The notes under the pieces are model-generated. The model saw only the letters and a list, made by a program, of their open reading frames with translations, did not search any database and had not been told where the DNA came from. A stretch of 63,792 bases of DNA, filler included, from Perkinsus olseni (taxonomy: Eukaryota): NCBI GenBank assembly GCA_013115125.1. It is 24 parts of 24 records of this genome, joined end to end, with 100 filler letters (N's around TTAATTAATTAA, not from the genome) between each part and the next. Parts side by side here need not be neighbours in the genome. Positions count along the whole stretch, not along the records: positions 48,124 to 50,664 come from JABANN010001552.1; positions 50,765 to 53,302 come from JABANN010001553.1; positions 53,403 to 55,939 come from JABANN010001554.1; positions 56,040 to 58,561 come from JABANN010001555.1; positions 58,662 to 61,178 come from JABANN010001556.1; 19 more parts are not named here. One strand, given 5' to 3'. The translations under genes and the position numbers were made by a program. Every line of letters starts with the position of its first letter. Positions within the stretch are counted from its first letter, which is position 1. Of this stretch, positions 48,421 through 61,278 are shown piece after piece.

Positions 48421-50764
48421 TAGGACCCTTTCGTGAGCGAGCAAGGAAAAGGAGGACCGGCCGGGAAAGATGCCGCGTGCATTGACGGCGACCCGACAGG
48501 GGTGGATGTGTCATTATCAGCATGTGAGAACCGTGAACTGAATAAAGGTATCTTAAGTTGACCCATGTAAGATGCAAAACATCCTAGCAATACTACCACA
48601 GACGGAGACATAACAGAACGGCCGAAGGATGAACCCGATAAGAAACATCCCGAATAACCACGAACAAACAAAATCTATTTCCAAAGGCCTGATGATGGTG
48701 TCTCCGAAGCTTCCTTCACAGGTGCCACCAGCTCGTCTCCTTCCCTCACACAACTAAAGCGGCCGCATCGCCCACAGCCCGTTTCGAACCGCGCAAAAAC
48801 CATCCTTATTTTAAGGATGGTTAATTTAAGGCCTTTACCAATTTCAAGGTATTCAAGGACCCTAAATATCTTGAAATTGGTATGGACCGCACGGAAAAGG
48901 TTCTAACCCGGAAGGGTATTTTACAGATAAGATACCAACAACCACGTCGGAGCTCGATCGGAGTAACTGTGAGAGATGTAAAAGGCCAGTGCGGTCAGCA
49001 TAGATCAGCTGCCGACCATGGAAAAAAAATTTCATTTGGACCCAAATTTTTTCGGGGCCAAAAATTATGTTCCAAAATTTCTGAGGATTTCGACCGAAAA
49101 TATGGGTTTTTATATACGAAAAAGTCGCTCATTTATTATTAAGTACGAAATTAGATTCGAAAAATAATAACCACGAGATACTCAGTAATATCAGTTTTCT
49201 CAGTTTCCATTCTGAGATCACCGCTGGACTTACTACCATCAGCATGGTATTGAAAGTTTACATGCCTAAATGAAGCAGCAGCAACAGCAGCGAAGAGTTA
49301 ACAAGGTGCTTCTCGTCTCACCGGTTCGACACACCCGAGACAGAGACCGCTTCCAAGGCTTCTCCTGGTCCGAAACTTAACTTGTACTGCCAGAAATAGG
49401 GTCGGGAAAAAGAGATTTTCGCCAAAATTTTCCGACAATTTTCGCCGCGAGAATGGGAAGATCGGATTTCGCATTTTTGCAGTATATATACTTTCCTGTC
49501 CGCGTTCGTCCGTTCGAACGCATTTTCCGCCACAACTTTGCTGATTGAACGTGGGAGACATGTACCATCCCAAAACTCGCGGGCCGTGTACTCTATTGAA
49601 AATACGAAATCGAGTTCACTCTCATTCTACCTGCCAAAACTGTCGTGGACTGTGGCAGAAGATGCACCAGAAAAAATGCGGGAAAACGCCCGAGCTGGGG
49701 TTCGAACCCGCGATTTAAGGCCGAGCTCCGCTTCTCGCTACGAAGGCCTACTCTTAATGTATCAAGGGTACAATAAATTATACATTTTTTCTTTGATACC
49801 ATAACTTCCCATACTAATCGACCTTGTTGTGGCAATTGTGCCGTTAATTTTTCTTAAGTTTAAGACATCTTAGCTTAGCCACCTAGGGTGCAATCGGTCG
49901 GCATACAAGTTGATAAGTTGAGCTTCGAGTAATTATCATTTTCCTATGGTCAATGATTTCGCGTTAACTCAGGGGACCGGGCGTAGCCGTCACAGACCCC
50001 AGGTCTCAGTAATTCTGAGTCCCTGTACTCGATCGGAAGGGTCCCATCGCCGCCACAAAGTCGTAATAATACTTCCCTCCCTGTTCGCTATACCAATTCT
50101 TATCAAACGGTAATCCCGATGAAACGCATTTTACATAAATCATATCCTCGCTCGGGTTAAAAAATTCGAGGGCACTGTAATAACCATCCGCCGACCCCTG
50201 AGGGGATGCCGCTGGGGGAGCCGCAGTAGCAGCCTGAGCGAGACGACAGCGGCAATAAGCTCGGATCGGAATTTCAACTCACTTTCGAACCATCCCTGTC
50301 CGGCGACTCGTTCCGACTAGTCAATATCCCCCCTACCACAACCAGCACGGGGATCAATCTCAGCATCGACAGGCAGGAAAGGAGACTTGGAATGATCGGT
50401 AGTGGCGAAACAGGCTACGGGGACCACACACAGCGACCGAGCAGCTAAGAACGTGTCGAATTGAGATGAAGAAACGTGAAATATTAAATCACAGGAGGAG
50501 GAGTTCCCCATGGTCAGAGGGGAAACTCGTCGAGAAGATTGATGATGACACTCCACCGCTGCCAGGGACTCCCGTCACGGGCGAGGCGTCACTCTCCCAG
50601 GCAAACAACCCAGGTTCAATCCCCGCACCCTTCACTTGACACCCTCACCCATATTCTGATGCCTNNNNNNNNNNNNNNNNNNNNNNNNNNNNNNNNNNNN
50701 NNNNNNNNTTAATTAATTAANNNNNNNNNNNNNNNNNNNNNNNNNNNNNNNNNNNNNNNNNNNN

Positions 50765-53302
50765 GTATGGCAGTGCTCACCTCTCCTCCGGTGGGGTCGT
50801 AGAAGCGCTGCAGGAGGGCGAACACGGTCGATTTGCCGCCACCGCTCGGGCCAACCAAGGCGACAGTTTTACCCGCCTCGATCTCAAAGCTCAAACCAGA
50901 GAGAATCTGCGAGCAAGGTCTGAACTCGGGCTAAGGAGAAAATGTGACCCACTTGAGCTCCGGGCCTGTGAGGATATGTAAATTGAACGTTCTTGAAGGT
51001 GATGTTGACAGGTGCCGGGGCTGCGGTGACCTGACACTTCACAATTGAGGCTCAGAGGTAGTCGGGGAAACTCACGTGTGGACCCCAGACACTGAATTTT
51101 CTCCCCACGTCGCTCGAGGGGGTGATGGAACTTTCACTATCGAGGAGCTCGAAGATATCGTGTGCCGCTGCCTTAGCCTCATTAATATCCCCAACGAAGG
51201 CCAAGGCTTGACCAGCAGCAAGAGCCGATAGGAACACGCCCATCAACGATTGTATCATCTTGTCGAATGTGAGGCCCTCATCTTGCACGAGCTTGGAGCC
51301 ATACCTGCACGAACACTATGACGCCACGGCGAGGAAGGGAAGTGCAGAAGATTGATAGGATGGGGGGTAACTCACCAGAATCCCAGGGCGACGCTGAAGA
51401 AAAGAATTCCCTGTGAGATGCCGTACCAAAGCGCAGCCCAACTGGACGTACGCGCCTGGTGGGGGACGGATCGTTGAAGGAGATCTTGAAACCTAGCGCA
51501 TGCGAAGCGTGGATAAAAGCAGGCGGGGTCTCTGGGCAATACAGATTGCGGGTCCATTGCTCGGACACGAGGGCGCGAATGGTCCTGATGTTCTGGACCG
51601 TATCGGAGGCAACTTGGTTAGCAGCCATAGAGTCGGCACTCTTATTCTTATCCATCCCGATGCTCACAGCCATTTGGATGCCGCCTGAAACGGTGAGAAG
51701 CCTCGACCAGCTCCTGGAAGCATCATCGGGGAAATGGACTCACCCGCTCCGGCCATGAGGGGAAGCATCGCGAGCATGACGAGAGTGAGCTTCCAGGAGC
51801 CGAAGAAGGCGATGATGAGCCCAGCGATGAGAGATGCTGCGAATTGGCAATATGCACCTGACACGCACGAAATAGTAACGCCATCGTTATGACGACGGTC
51901 TACACACCGAGCTGCACCCCGCTGATGGCGTTCATCCTTAGAGCGTAGGTGGCAAGGGCGGCAGTCAGACGACCTGGCGAATGCTTCGAGTCATCAAAGA
52001 AGGCCATATCCTGAATGCAGCAGCATTGCCGCCGTCGGAGCCATTTGCAGAACCCCAGTCGGCGGCTCTCACCTGCTCAAGGAACTTCGTAAAACACAAA
52101 ATTCTAACACGTTTAGTGAGATGCTCTCCGATGAATGCAAAACCGCCAATCTGTGTGAAGGCTCCGAGTAGACTGGAGACCGCCAAAATTACATATCTGA
52201 TGAGGACAATGTGGTTTCTCGGTTCGTGGAGAGAGGACGCGATGCGGGAGCCAGAAATAGAAACAACACCGCGCATCATGAGATCTCCTAAAGATTCACC
52301 CAATAGATGCCAATATGACTCCGTCCATCATATCATCGAGATCCGTCTCGTAGAATGATCGCATTGACCGAGCTAATAGGAACCCTTCGGATGGCATGAC
52401 CGAGCCGAAGACGGCTGCTCCCAATAGGGCCGGTATGTAAAAGCCGCACTCGGGCTTAGATAGAGCAAAGATGCGCCTCCACGGGACCTGATGGGAGAGA
52501 ATAATGCCACGGTGTTGGCAAGAAAGAATACTCTCCATCGGGGCAACGCAACACAAGGAAGACCAAGGAGGCTTTGGCCTCTACCTTGTAGGCCTTAGCG
52601 ATCGCGTCAATACGCTCGCGTTCAATTTCCTTCTCAGTACGGGTGTCCACGAGTTTGGACTGTTCTCCAGCTTCAGGACCACCTTACAGGAGACTCTCAC
52701 AGCTACTCTATCGAAAAACGGTCCAACCCACCATGACTTGCCACACTTGAGCTTGCGGTGGACCTGACAGACTGAATGGTATGTGGATGATCGTGCATAC
52801 GACTACACTCACTCTTGACGCAAAAGGCTGGGACGCCCGCCCTTATTAGCCTCCGAGGCTGCAGCCTGCTGAGCTGCAACGAGGAAGGTGTAGACGCCCT
52901 GCGGTTTACCTGTAGATATCCATTGATAGCGCGGTAGTACCTCAGCCTCACCAATGAGCTTTTCATGAGTGCCTTGCTCTACGAGACATCCTGATTTCAT
53001 CACGAAGATGATGTCGGAGTTACGAATGGTAGAGAGTCGGTGAGCGATGGATATCGTGGTGAGCTGCGACGTGCGCTGGAGGCTGACAAAGGCATAGCAT
53101 TGGCGGAATCGTGGAAGGCCATCACGGAGTCGAGACCAAGCACTGCTACCCATCAATCGTCTCCTGTACCATAAGTTCACTCTCATTATCCAGAGCAGAT
53201 GTTGCCTCATCCAGTAGAAGTATCTGTTCAGTAATCATTAACGTTATAGTCTACTAAGTTATCATCTGGAAGTTATCATCACCTGCGGGTTTCTGAGTAA
53301 TG
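50765..53302 (-). CDS. ABCB/MDR (P-glycoprotein-like) full transporter, internal fragment with many short introns
   Basis: NBD1 end [16 protein letters not shown] and [12 protein letters not shown], linker, TMD2 ([26 protein letters not shown]) and NBD2 Walker [17 protein letters not shown]. Confidence 0.95.
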
Positions 53303-54344
53303 NNNNNNNNNNNNNNNNNNNNNNNNNNNNNNNNNNNNNNNNNNNNTTAATTAATTAANNNNNNNNNNNNNNNNNNNNNNNNNNNNNNNNNNNNNNNNNN
53401 NNTGCACCTTTGTGTCGAATGTCCCCACACGGCCGGCTTCACCGACGGTATGTGACTTCGTCCATACCTCCAGATAACTCGCGGTGTAATGACTCCTCAG
53501 CTTTCAACAAATCAATTGACTCACCACACCGTGCTGATCGAAAGGGCCGCGCTTTTCTTCATAATTGATAGGCTACTCTTCGCATATGGGTGATGTCTAC
53601 CACCTCAATCTGAAGCAAAGTGAACACATGCAGACACTCTCGAGCTAGCACTCGCCCGGGTCACCCGGTGAACGTCACCGATTATCAAGATTACCTTCCG
53701 GAGATTCCTTGTGGTCAGCTCTTGTTGCACTCTCCGAGAGTGCCCCTCGTCTCTCTTTGAATACAAAAGTCAGACTGCCCCGAGAACCCAACTTTCACTA
53801 AGCAACTTGTGACGGCGACTCTGTCCATGCGATCAGAGAAATGTATTAGTTGAGTACCTCCTAGCCTGACGCCAGCAGCACTAGTGGTGCTGCACTACAT
53901 GATCACTTGTAATTCAAGAATCTTGAATCAAGATTAGGCCTTTAATCGTTGACTCACAACTACCGTTGTTGAGTTGTTCGATTCTGGCAGAAGACTTCAT
54001 GCCTGTCTTGCCGCTCGATGTGCAGCAGTGGTTCTCCCTTATATTGGCCACGCTAGCCACGCGTCCCCGCGCGAACGCAGCATCATCGATGGAAACTTCT
54101 CATCGATGCTGCATCGGTTTGCCTTGGGGAATGAAGACATTCACTAACGGTCGGCTGAGCAAAGTGCTAGAGGACAGAGTCGCTGCCGCAAGTGAGAAAG
54201 CGACGATAACAGAACTCTGAGCAGTTACCAACCGCAAAGAGTACAGTAGACAAGAGGACGATAGGCGCGTTGATCGATTCGCCCATAGCTCGGCGTTGTT
54301 GTAGTACAACAGTTGTATTGCCTATCGATCCCATCAAAGTGAAA

Positions 54345-54608
54345 ATGAAGGCCATCTTTATCGCAAAGATCCTGTCCGTCATTGGTGTTGCTTTTGCCGC
54401 ACCTCCTATCGAACCTCCCACGACCCCTACCCCTACGACGGCTAAGCCGACAGAAGATGATTCCGTCATCATCAAGCCCGTGGACCCTAATGAAGTTCAC
54501 TGCGCCAACTGCCGTTTCTGCGAGACAATGCCCGCGGTGGAGGCCTTAGGCGACTTAAGATGCTGGTACGCTGTGTTCAAGTGCGGCTCTTGTTCTAACT
54601 GTTGCTAG
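54345..54608 (+). CDS. Small secreted Cys-rich protein (87 aa)
   Basis: Signal peptide, Pro/Thr linker and a C-terminal 8-Cys domain. Confidence 0.75.
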   Translation: MKAIFIAKILSVIGVAFAAPPIEPPTTPTPTTAKPTEDDSVIIKPVDPNEVHCANCRFCETMPAVEALGDLRCWYAVFKCGSCSNCC

Positions 54609-56952
54609 GGTTCTTAGAACGTCGTGACTCACGATGACTCGTGAGAGTCAGCAACAAGGTGATGTTGTCAAGATCTCTCTTCAGTACCTCCGTTACTCGC
54701 TGATCAGCACGCATTTTGTAATGACAACCCCTCGTGCATCGGCTCAGTAATCGTGATGACGATCTATGCTAACACCATTGGTAACCTGTCGTTTGTAGCA
54801 CCGGTTGCGCTATCTTTGCTCGAGCCGAAAAGAGCTCGTTAGCCACCAATCGTGTATACGGCTTGTAGAGATACAGCCGCGATACATTCAATTCTTCGAT
54901 AACACTTATTTCTCAAAGGACTTACCACTTTTTCTTTTCTCTTCCTTGAGTTCCCAATGACAACGGGCACGACAGTGCATGGTGGCGCACTCCGAAAAAA
55001 TAGACATCTCGGGCATTCTCGAGCGGCCTCAAACTAAGGTCAAGCTATTGCCAGAGCATAATTTACGACATTCCTGCTAGTAGGACGACGCTTTCTTCGG
55101 AGTGTCACCAACTTTCAGACACGGGAGTTTCGTACTCGGGTCACTTCGGTTACTAATCATTCGACCTCATACCTATTACGACGCTCAATCCGCTGGCATC
55201 TGAACGGAAGTGGCGGCAAAGCTCTTCCGTGCGCGGGCGGAGCCTGTGCCGCAGACGTGGTATTATTGGGAGAAAGGATCCACCGAGCCCAGAGCAACTC
55301 ATCTCAAATAAGGGAAGTTTCTCCAGAAAACTTCAGCCACTGGATCACTGTGATCGATTTGCCCACAGCTCTGCAACAATACTCGAGTGAAGGTCGCTTT
55401 TTCGGGCTAGGAGCACCGACCGGCTATCAAGCTCAAGTTGTGGATGGATGACGATTGCTCTCATCGCTTCTTCCGGCATATCTTTTGACTCCTCGTTCCG
55501 CCCAGCGGTTTTTGAATGAGCCGTTTCGTAATTCCATTGCCGACACTCCATCTCATCAGTATTTACAAACTCCAATATTGCCCTTGTGGTGGTTTGGAGT
55601 CGCCTGGCCGTATGGCGGCCGCGAGCGAGCGAGAGAGAGTGTCCATCCTCGCACGTGCAGCTCTGGCTCTATAGCCCTAGCTTGATAGCTTTAGTCTCAT
55701 CTCTGTGATGACCTCAATCTAGTATGTCTCTCCCCGCCTGATGTCGGACTTTCTTTCCGTGGACCAACGATCCCCGCGCCACAGAGGACTCCGGTGTTCT
55801 ACGCGTGATTGAAAAAATCTGGCGAGGTTAACACAACTTTTGTCGGGAAGGTCTCAATATTCTGACAGACCAGGAAGGATCTTCCACTGTCAGAAACGCG
55901 AAGTAACCACCCGAGAACGTAAGTCTGTATAATACGGGCNNNNNNNNNNNNNNNNNNNNNNNNNNNNNNNNNNNNNNNNNNNNTTAATTAATTAANNNNN
56001 NNNNNNNNNNNNNNNNNNNNNNNNNNNNNNNNNNNNNNNATCGTCGTATTACCTCGGGCTTGCGGTAACCATCATAACCACTGGGTAGGTCTCCACGGGC
56101 AAGCGCTGCGAATACATAAACTCCCAGGTCAGCACGACAGCTAGAGTCAACCCAACGTAGAAAGGAATCGAACCTGCTGCTGTCAATAAAACCACCACCA
56201 CGACAGAAAGTTCTACGACTTTCGAATCAATCTATGAAGGTCCATCACCAAGGCCTGCTCATCTACCATCCGACCAGCACTACTCTGATTCGTGAAAATG
56301 CACAGCTTGAAGCCTTGATCGTGGCGGAACCTCGCCAACGCTTTGGGTATCCGCAAAGACGACTACTTCCAGACAAAAAATACCATCGATAACCAGCAGC
56401 CATTCTCACCAGCTCCCATCTCTGTCCACCGTGCTTCAGAGTGTTGTCAAAATCAATAGCCATGACCTTACTCGAATGATATCCCTCCCTGGGCGTTCGA
56501 TACACTAGCACAAGAACGCTAGTTAGGCGGGAACGGGATGACACTATTGTGGCGACTACCGTTATTACATATCGTATCGTGGAGTCTCCATCCACACGGT
56601 AGAGAGCCTTCCTCGATGGACGATAATAATTCCTTGTTACGCAGGTACTTCTCAATAGCCTTCGATCGCCTCGACATACTCGTTAAAATTTATGCCACTT
56701 CTACAGCCTTAACGTCCGCTCAGGAAATTTTGTTAACCAAAATTGACCTTCGGTAAAGATGACAGCTTCACATGGTAAGCGATAAGCGACGAGAAAATAA
56801 TACTCAGCAGGCGGCATAACCATACGACCCGAAGCTAACGGAAGAAGAATCCCTACCCAAGACCCACACAACGGACACGTCCGTGTTAGTAGCGCGCGCC
56901 CTGGTGATCGATCATCAAGCGGATTCAGTGATGCCACTGAATATTGAGGAAT

Positions 56953-57143
56953 TGTAAGAGCGCAAGATCACTAAGCGCTCTCTCGCGCAACAATTCACAC
57001 AATTGCATCTGTCCCCATTAGCCTAGCTATAGCTGTGTCTCGTCACCAGCCTCATATACTCTAACATACGTATATCACTATTACCGCATCCACGGTCTGG
57101 TTGCGTTGTGTTCCTATATTCGCTTGGTAAGGTATCGACTACA
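56953..57143 (+). mobile_element. Candidate 5' LTR
   Basis: TGTA...TACA, sharing TTGCATC.GTCCC and AGCTATAGC with LTR 41633-41805; lies 26 bp before the gag-like ATG. Confidence 0.55.
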
Positions 57144-57169
57144 CCCTCATCAACGAATTTTCTACCGGG

Positions 57170-58537
57170 ATGAACAGTACGAATCATCCCATCCAGGAGC
57201 TGTTCGACAACATTGACACTAACCAGTCAGAGTGTGCTACTCTACCGGCTAATCGTCCGCCATCCCAGGGTCTGACGACTCATTCTGTACGAGGATATGC
57301 TACATCTCCACAGCATGCTTCCCTTCACATCGGTAATCTCGGCGACGATCGACAGCTACAAGATGGCAGAGATCAACGTGTCATTGATACTGGACTGCGG
57401 CGGTCGTCGCGGATTTCTGGAGCACCGGTCGAGCTCGTCAGCCTTCCTCCGGTACAACCCAGACTCCGAAATCCTGCGCGCCTACAAGGTCATCCCACTA
57501 TTCCTTATGCTGCAGATTTGCCGAGTCAGCCAACAACAAGTCCTACCGGTCACGTACGTGGTGAACAACCGCAACAGCCCCGACGCTCTGGTACCACTGG
57601 TCAGCAATTAGAAGATTTCTCCGAAACACTTCCGGTCGCGAATCTGCCTGTAGGCGACCTTCCTGTCAAGTCCAGTAAGCCACCGATACTTGTTAAGGAC
57701 GGTGCGACCGACCCAATCGTCTCTGCCAATGGACCAGCGGAGATCTACCAACGTCGAACTCGCTGTCAAGATTCTTACCCATATGGTACTCTTCGAGATA
57801 GTGTTGATGCTCGCACCCTACAAGGCAGACCTTCACAATTCTCTGACTGGATTTCCGACTCGGAGTGGATTCAGGTGAAGAAGTCGTCCGACCATCTAGG
57901 ACAGGCATGGCAAAAGGCTGGTCACAAGCTCTTTGATGACACAGAAGCATCACCGTCTCTATCCACTGTTCTTAGAGAGTGGGAGAAGTTCTGCTATGCG
58001 GAATGGACCTCACCTACCTCTGTTGATGCTGTGAGGGCCTTCATGTCTTCGGTTATTTCTCCTAATATCAGTGCCGATATCAAGAAGGCTTTTGGACGTG
58101 ACAGGCTGTCCCCGCAGTCTCTGCGATCGAAGCATTTCTACGCGGAGCTTTATGAGTTCTGCACTGGTTATCTATCGGAAAACAACAGTGACCCTATCTA
58201 TGTTACGTCATTGTTGCAGAAGATTCTTACCCTTAAGCAGGGAAGTCGACGTCTCGCTGAACATCTGCAAGAAGTAGAAAGTCTGATTGAAGAGCTCCGG
58301 TTCTGTTCGTCTTCTCACACGGTACAACTCGACTTCAACCATCTCAGTAATTCTCTGCAACTATCTCTTGGAGACCCCTTCCGAGGATGGTACTTTGATC
58401 AAGTCGAACAGATGGCGCGAGATGGCTGTTATGGGACTTTTGAGAGCCTGATTGAAATATGCCGTGAACTTCGACGACGTGGACGTGTGCTAGGTGGACG
58501 GAGGCCTCGCTCTATGCGGGGTACCTCACAAATGTAG
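57170..58537 (+). CDS. Retrotransposon gag-like protein, 3' end replaced by a foreign LTR-leader sequence
   Basis: Disordered N-terminus and LLQKILTLKQGSRRLAEHLQEVESLIEEL (QG major-homology-like motif); follows a candidate LTR. Confidence 0.75.
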   Translation: MNSTNHPIQELFDNIDTNQSECATLPANRPPSQGLTTHSVRGYATSPQHASLHIGNLGDDRQLQDGRDQRVIDTGLRRSSRISGAPVELVSLPPVQPRLRNPARLQGHPTIPYAADLPSQPTTSPTGHVRGEQPQQPRRSGTTGQQLEDFSETLPVANLPVGDLPVKSSKPPILVKDGATDPIVSANGPAEIYQRRTRCQDSYPYGTLRDSVDARTLQGRPSQFSDWISDSEWIQVKKSSDHLGQAWQKAGHKLFDDTEASPSLSTVLREWEKFCYAEWTSPTSVDAVRAFMSSVISPNISADIKKAFGRDRLSPQSLRSKHFYAELYEFCTGYLSENNSDPIYVTSLLQKILTLKQGSRRLAEHLQEVESLIEELRFCSSSHTVQLDFNHLSNSLQLSLGDPFRGWYFDQVEQMARDGCYGTFESLIEICRELRRRGRVLGGRRPRSMRGTSQM

Positions 58538-58661
58538 CGGCCCGAGCGGGGAAGGACCCGCNNNNNNNNNNNNNNNNNNNNNNNNNNNNNNNNNNNNNNN
58601 NNNNNTTAATTAATTAANNNNNNNNNNNNNNNNNNNNNNNNNNNNNNNNNNNNNNNNNNNN

Positions 58662-59003
58662 AGCAGTGGTGGTCACGGGAGCAGCAGTGGTGGTCACGGG
58701 AGCAGCAGTGGTGGTCACGGGAGCAGCAGTGGTGGTCACGGGAGCAGCAGTGGTGAGGATTCTGCTATCACAACTGACAGAATCACCGACGCAATCCTTG
58801 TCGGTGGGCTGGAAGCAGTAAGAACCATCAGCCTTCCTCACTAGTCCGAAGCAGACGGCGGGCTCCTTCCAGGCCTTGCAGTATGATCCGTATTTGGCAG
58901 TCTTGCAACCATCAATCTGGTTACAGAGGGAGGCGCAGGAATCTTCAGTGGCCGAAGCAACAGCAACGGCAGAAGCGATGGTAGCGACGGTGGCGAAAAA
59001 CAT
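58662..59003 (-). CDS. Secreted Cys-domain plus mucin (TTTAAPV)n protein, 3' truncated
   Basis: Signal peptide, Cys domain (GSYCK.W..PAVCFGL...CFQP) and 21-bp repeats. Confidence 0.88.
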
Positions 59004-59493
59004 TTATGGGATAATACGAAAAAGACTAAATACAATAACCTCATAACATTGCATAGATATTGATTATATCAATCGTCATTCGGCTACCTGTTCAAGTTGG
59101 TGTTCTAGCTATAGAATGGACCTCAGCTCAACACAATTCTGTTGAGAACGATGCCTTTGTGCTACGCTGTCCCGACGACTCTCGTTTGATCATTCTGTTG
59201 ACTCCAGCTCATTTACATTGCTTGCTGCTCCACACGAATGCGCTACCTGTTTACAACACAAGGCGTCACGAGGTTTCACACGTGACGTGACGCCGTGTGA
59301 TGGACCCCGCCGGCGTCGCCTGGGCGCTTCTAAACTTTCCGTTAGGTTGCAACGTGGAGTGATGTCATTCAAAGGGTTGTTCGGCAGGATCGTGGGCTGT
59401 AAATGAATTAGAGAGCTTCCGCGGTATTCGGCCGTACCTGCAGCTGTTGAATTTTGTCCACTGCAGGCTAAGTTGTACGTTTCCCGCCCGGCA

Positions 59494-60141
59494 ATGAACA
59501 AAAGCATCGCTGTCTTGGTTTTCGGTCTCTCCACCTTGCTCGCATCCGATCCGTGTATGCAGATGTGTATCGATCTCGGCGACACTACTGTGTGTGCCAG
59601 GTCTGGCAAGGGCTCCCACTGCAAGTCCTACCAGAAGGGCAAACCGGTCTGTCAGGGTTTTATTCGCAGGAAGGATAACAGCTTGTGCTTCCTCACCGGC
59701 GGACCCGACGACGTCAACTGCTCTGGTGATCCGGTTTATTGCCCAACATCTCCATCCACCACAGGAGGCCCCAGTCCATTTCCAACAACTCAAAAACCGA
59801 CCACTACAGAGACCCCTGCCGCTACAACTACGACTACCACCACCTCGCAGCATTCGATTTTCGAGGGCGAATTTTGTGGTGTGGCTTTGGGCCAGTCGCT
59901 GCGCGTAACCCTGAAGGCCGGGCATCTAACCCTGTCTATACCCACTCTCAAGGTTGAGGGCGTCTGTGATTATCACGTCAATGGCAATGTCATCACTCTG
60001 TCTAACTTCGATGAAACCCTGACGACTCTGATGAAGTCGGCTGACGTAAAGGGATTCGAAGTGACTATTGAGGGCTCTGATGAGCTGCACCTCAAGGCTG
60101 GTCTACTCCTCGATACCACTATGAAGAGATGCCCATCGTGA
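59494..60141 (+). CDS. Secreted protein: Cys domain, Thr-rich linker, C-terminal GxFCG domain
   Basis: Signal peptide. The N-domain is homologous to 58662-59003 and the C-domain to 60625-60900. Confidence 0.88.
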   Translation: MNKSIAVLVFGLSTLLASDPCMQMCIDLGDTTVCARSGKGSHCKSYQKGKPVCQGFIRRKDNSLCFLTGGPDDVNCSGDPVYCPTSPSTTGGPSPFPTTQKPTTTETPAATTTTTTTSQHSIFEGEFCGVALGQSLRVTLKAGHLTLSIPTLKVEGVCDYHVNGNVITLSNFDETLTTLMKSADVKGFEVTIEGSDELHLKAGLLLDTTMKRCPS

Positions 60142-60624
60142 GGAGATTTTTTTCCGCCCCGGCTTTGCGCCAGACTGGCGCCGCCAGTATAGAGTCATCA
60201 TTCCATATGGTGACGGGGGTTTACCCGGCTAAGCGGATCTTTCAAGTATCAGGACTTTTTTCCAAAAAGCAGCCTAGTCAGGCATTGAGTTAGAAGTGAT
60301 GATTGGGTTAGCTGTCAGAGCTGCTCATATCGAGTTCGAACAACTCCACAACTTGCCACAATTAGCTTGCCCTCTTCGCACTTCTTAGGACCCTCCGCAT
60401 CGACTAACCAATCTCTTACAAAACCTAACGCGGCGGGATGTACGATCCTCCATCTGTGCACTTCAACGACGCAAGAGCCCATCCTAGCGTGAGAAGTTTA
60501 GAAGAGCAACTCACAAGAGAAGAGGAGAATACTCCTACACTACTTCGTGCGAATGACGAAAATGTAGTTCTAGATATCCAGATAGAACAGACAGACTTAA
60601 AGATAAGTCTTCCAAGTCGGGAGT

Positions 60625-61178
60625 TTAGCACCTGGTGACTGTAGTGTCGATGAGGATACCAATTTTGATGTGGACATCATTGGCATCAACAATAGTAGCT
60701 TGGACACTATTGATATGCATCATATGCATCAACTTACTGAGGGTGGGACCATAGTTGAAGAAGTCCATCTCGTTACCATCAATCTTGTAGTCAGCATGCA
60801 TGTCCATTCCCATAACACTAATCGTAGCGTGTCCACCCTCGAAATCAACCTTGAAGCTCTCGCCCATCACGTTGCCACAGAAAACACCGCCGAAGGGAGC
60901 AGCCGTAGTGGTGGTGGTAGTAGGCTTCTGAGTGGTAGTAGTGGTAGTGGTGGTGGTAGGCTTCTGAGTCGTAGTAGTGGTAGTGGTGGTAGGCTTCTGA
61001 GTTGTAGTAGTCACGGGAGCAGCAGTAGTGGTCGTCACGGGAGCAGCAGTAGTGGTCGTCACGGGAGCAGCAGTAGTGGTCGTCACGGGAGCAGCAGTAG
61101 TGGTCGTCACGGGAGCAGCAGTAGTGGTCGTCACGGGAGCCGCAGTAGTGGTCGTCACGGGAGCCGCAGTAGTGGTCG
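60625..61178 (-). CDS. Mucin (TTTTAAPV)n plus C-terminal GxFCG domain protein, 5' truncated
   Basis: 24-bp repeats. GVFCG...GILIDTTVTRC aligns with GEFCG...GLLLDTTMKRC. Confidence 0.88.
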
Positions 61179-61278
61179 NNNNNNNNNNNNNNNNNNNNNN
61201 NNNNNNNNNNNNNNNNNNNNNNTTAATTAATTAANNNNNNNNNNNNNNNNNNNNNNNNNNNNNNNNNNNNNNNNNNNN

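Noticed and set aside
49686-49760. tRNA-like B-box GGGTTCGAACCC on the minus strand
   Set aside because: No acceptor stem or D arm could be folded; at most a tRNA-derived relic.
50560-50635. Possible tRNA-Gly pseudogene (CAGGTTCAATCCC)
   Set aside because: Stems do not pair; insufficient support.
60670-61234. Plus-strand ORFs with GSSSSGRH or VVVTGAA repeats
   Set aside because: Antisense shadows of the Thr-rich mucin gene.
2608-61278. Regularly spaced TTAATTAATTAA repeats as a CRISPR-like or biological array
   Set aside because: Always embedded in N runs of fixed length; it is an assembly linker.
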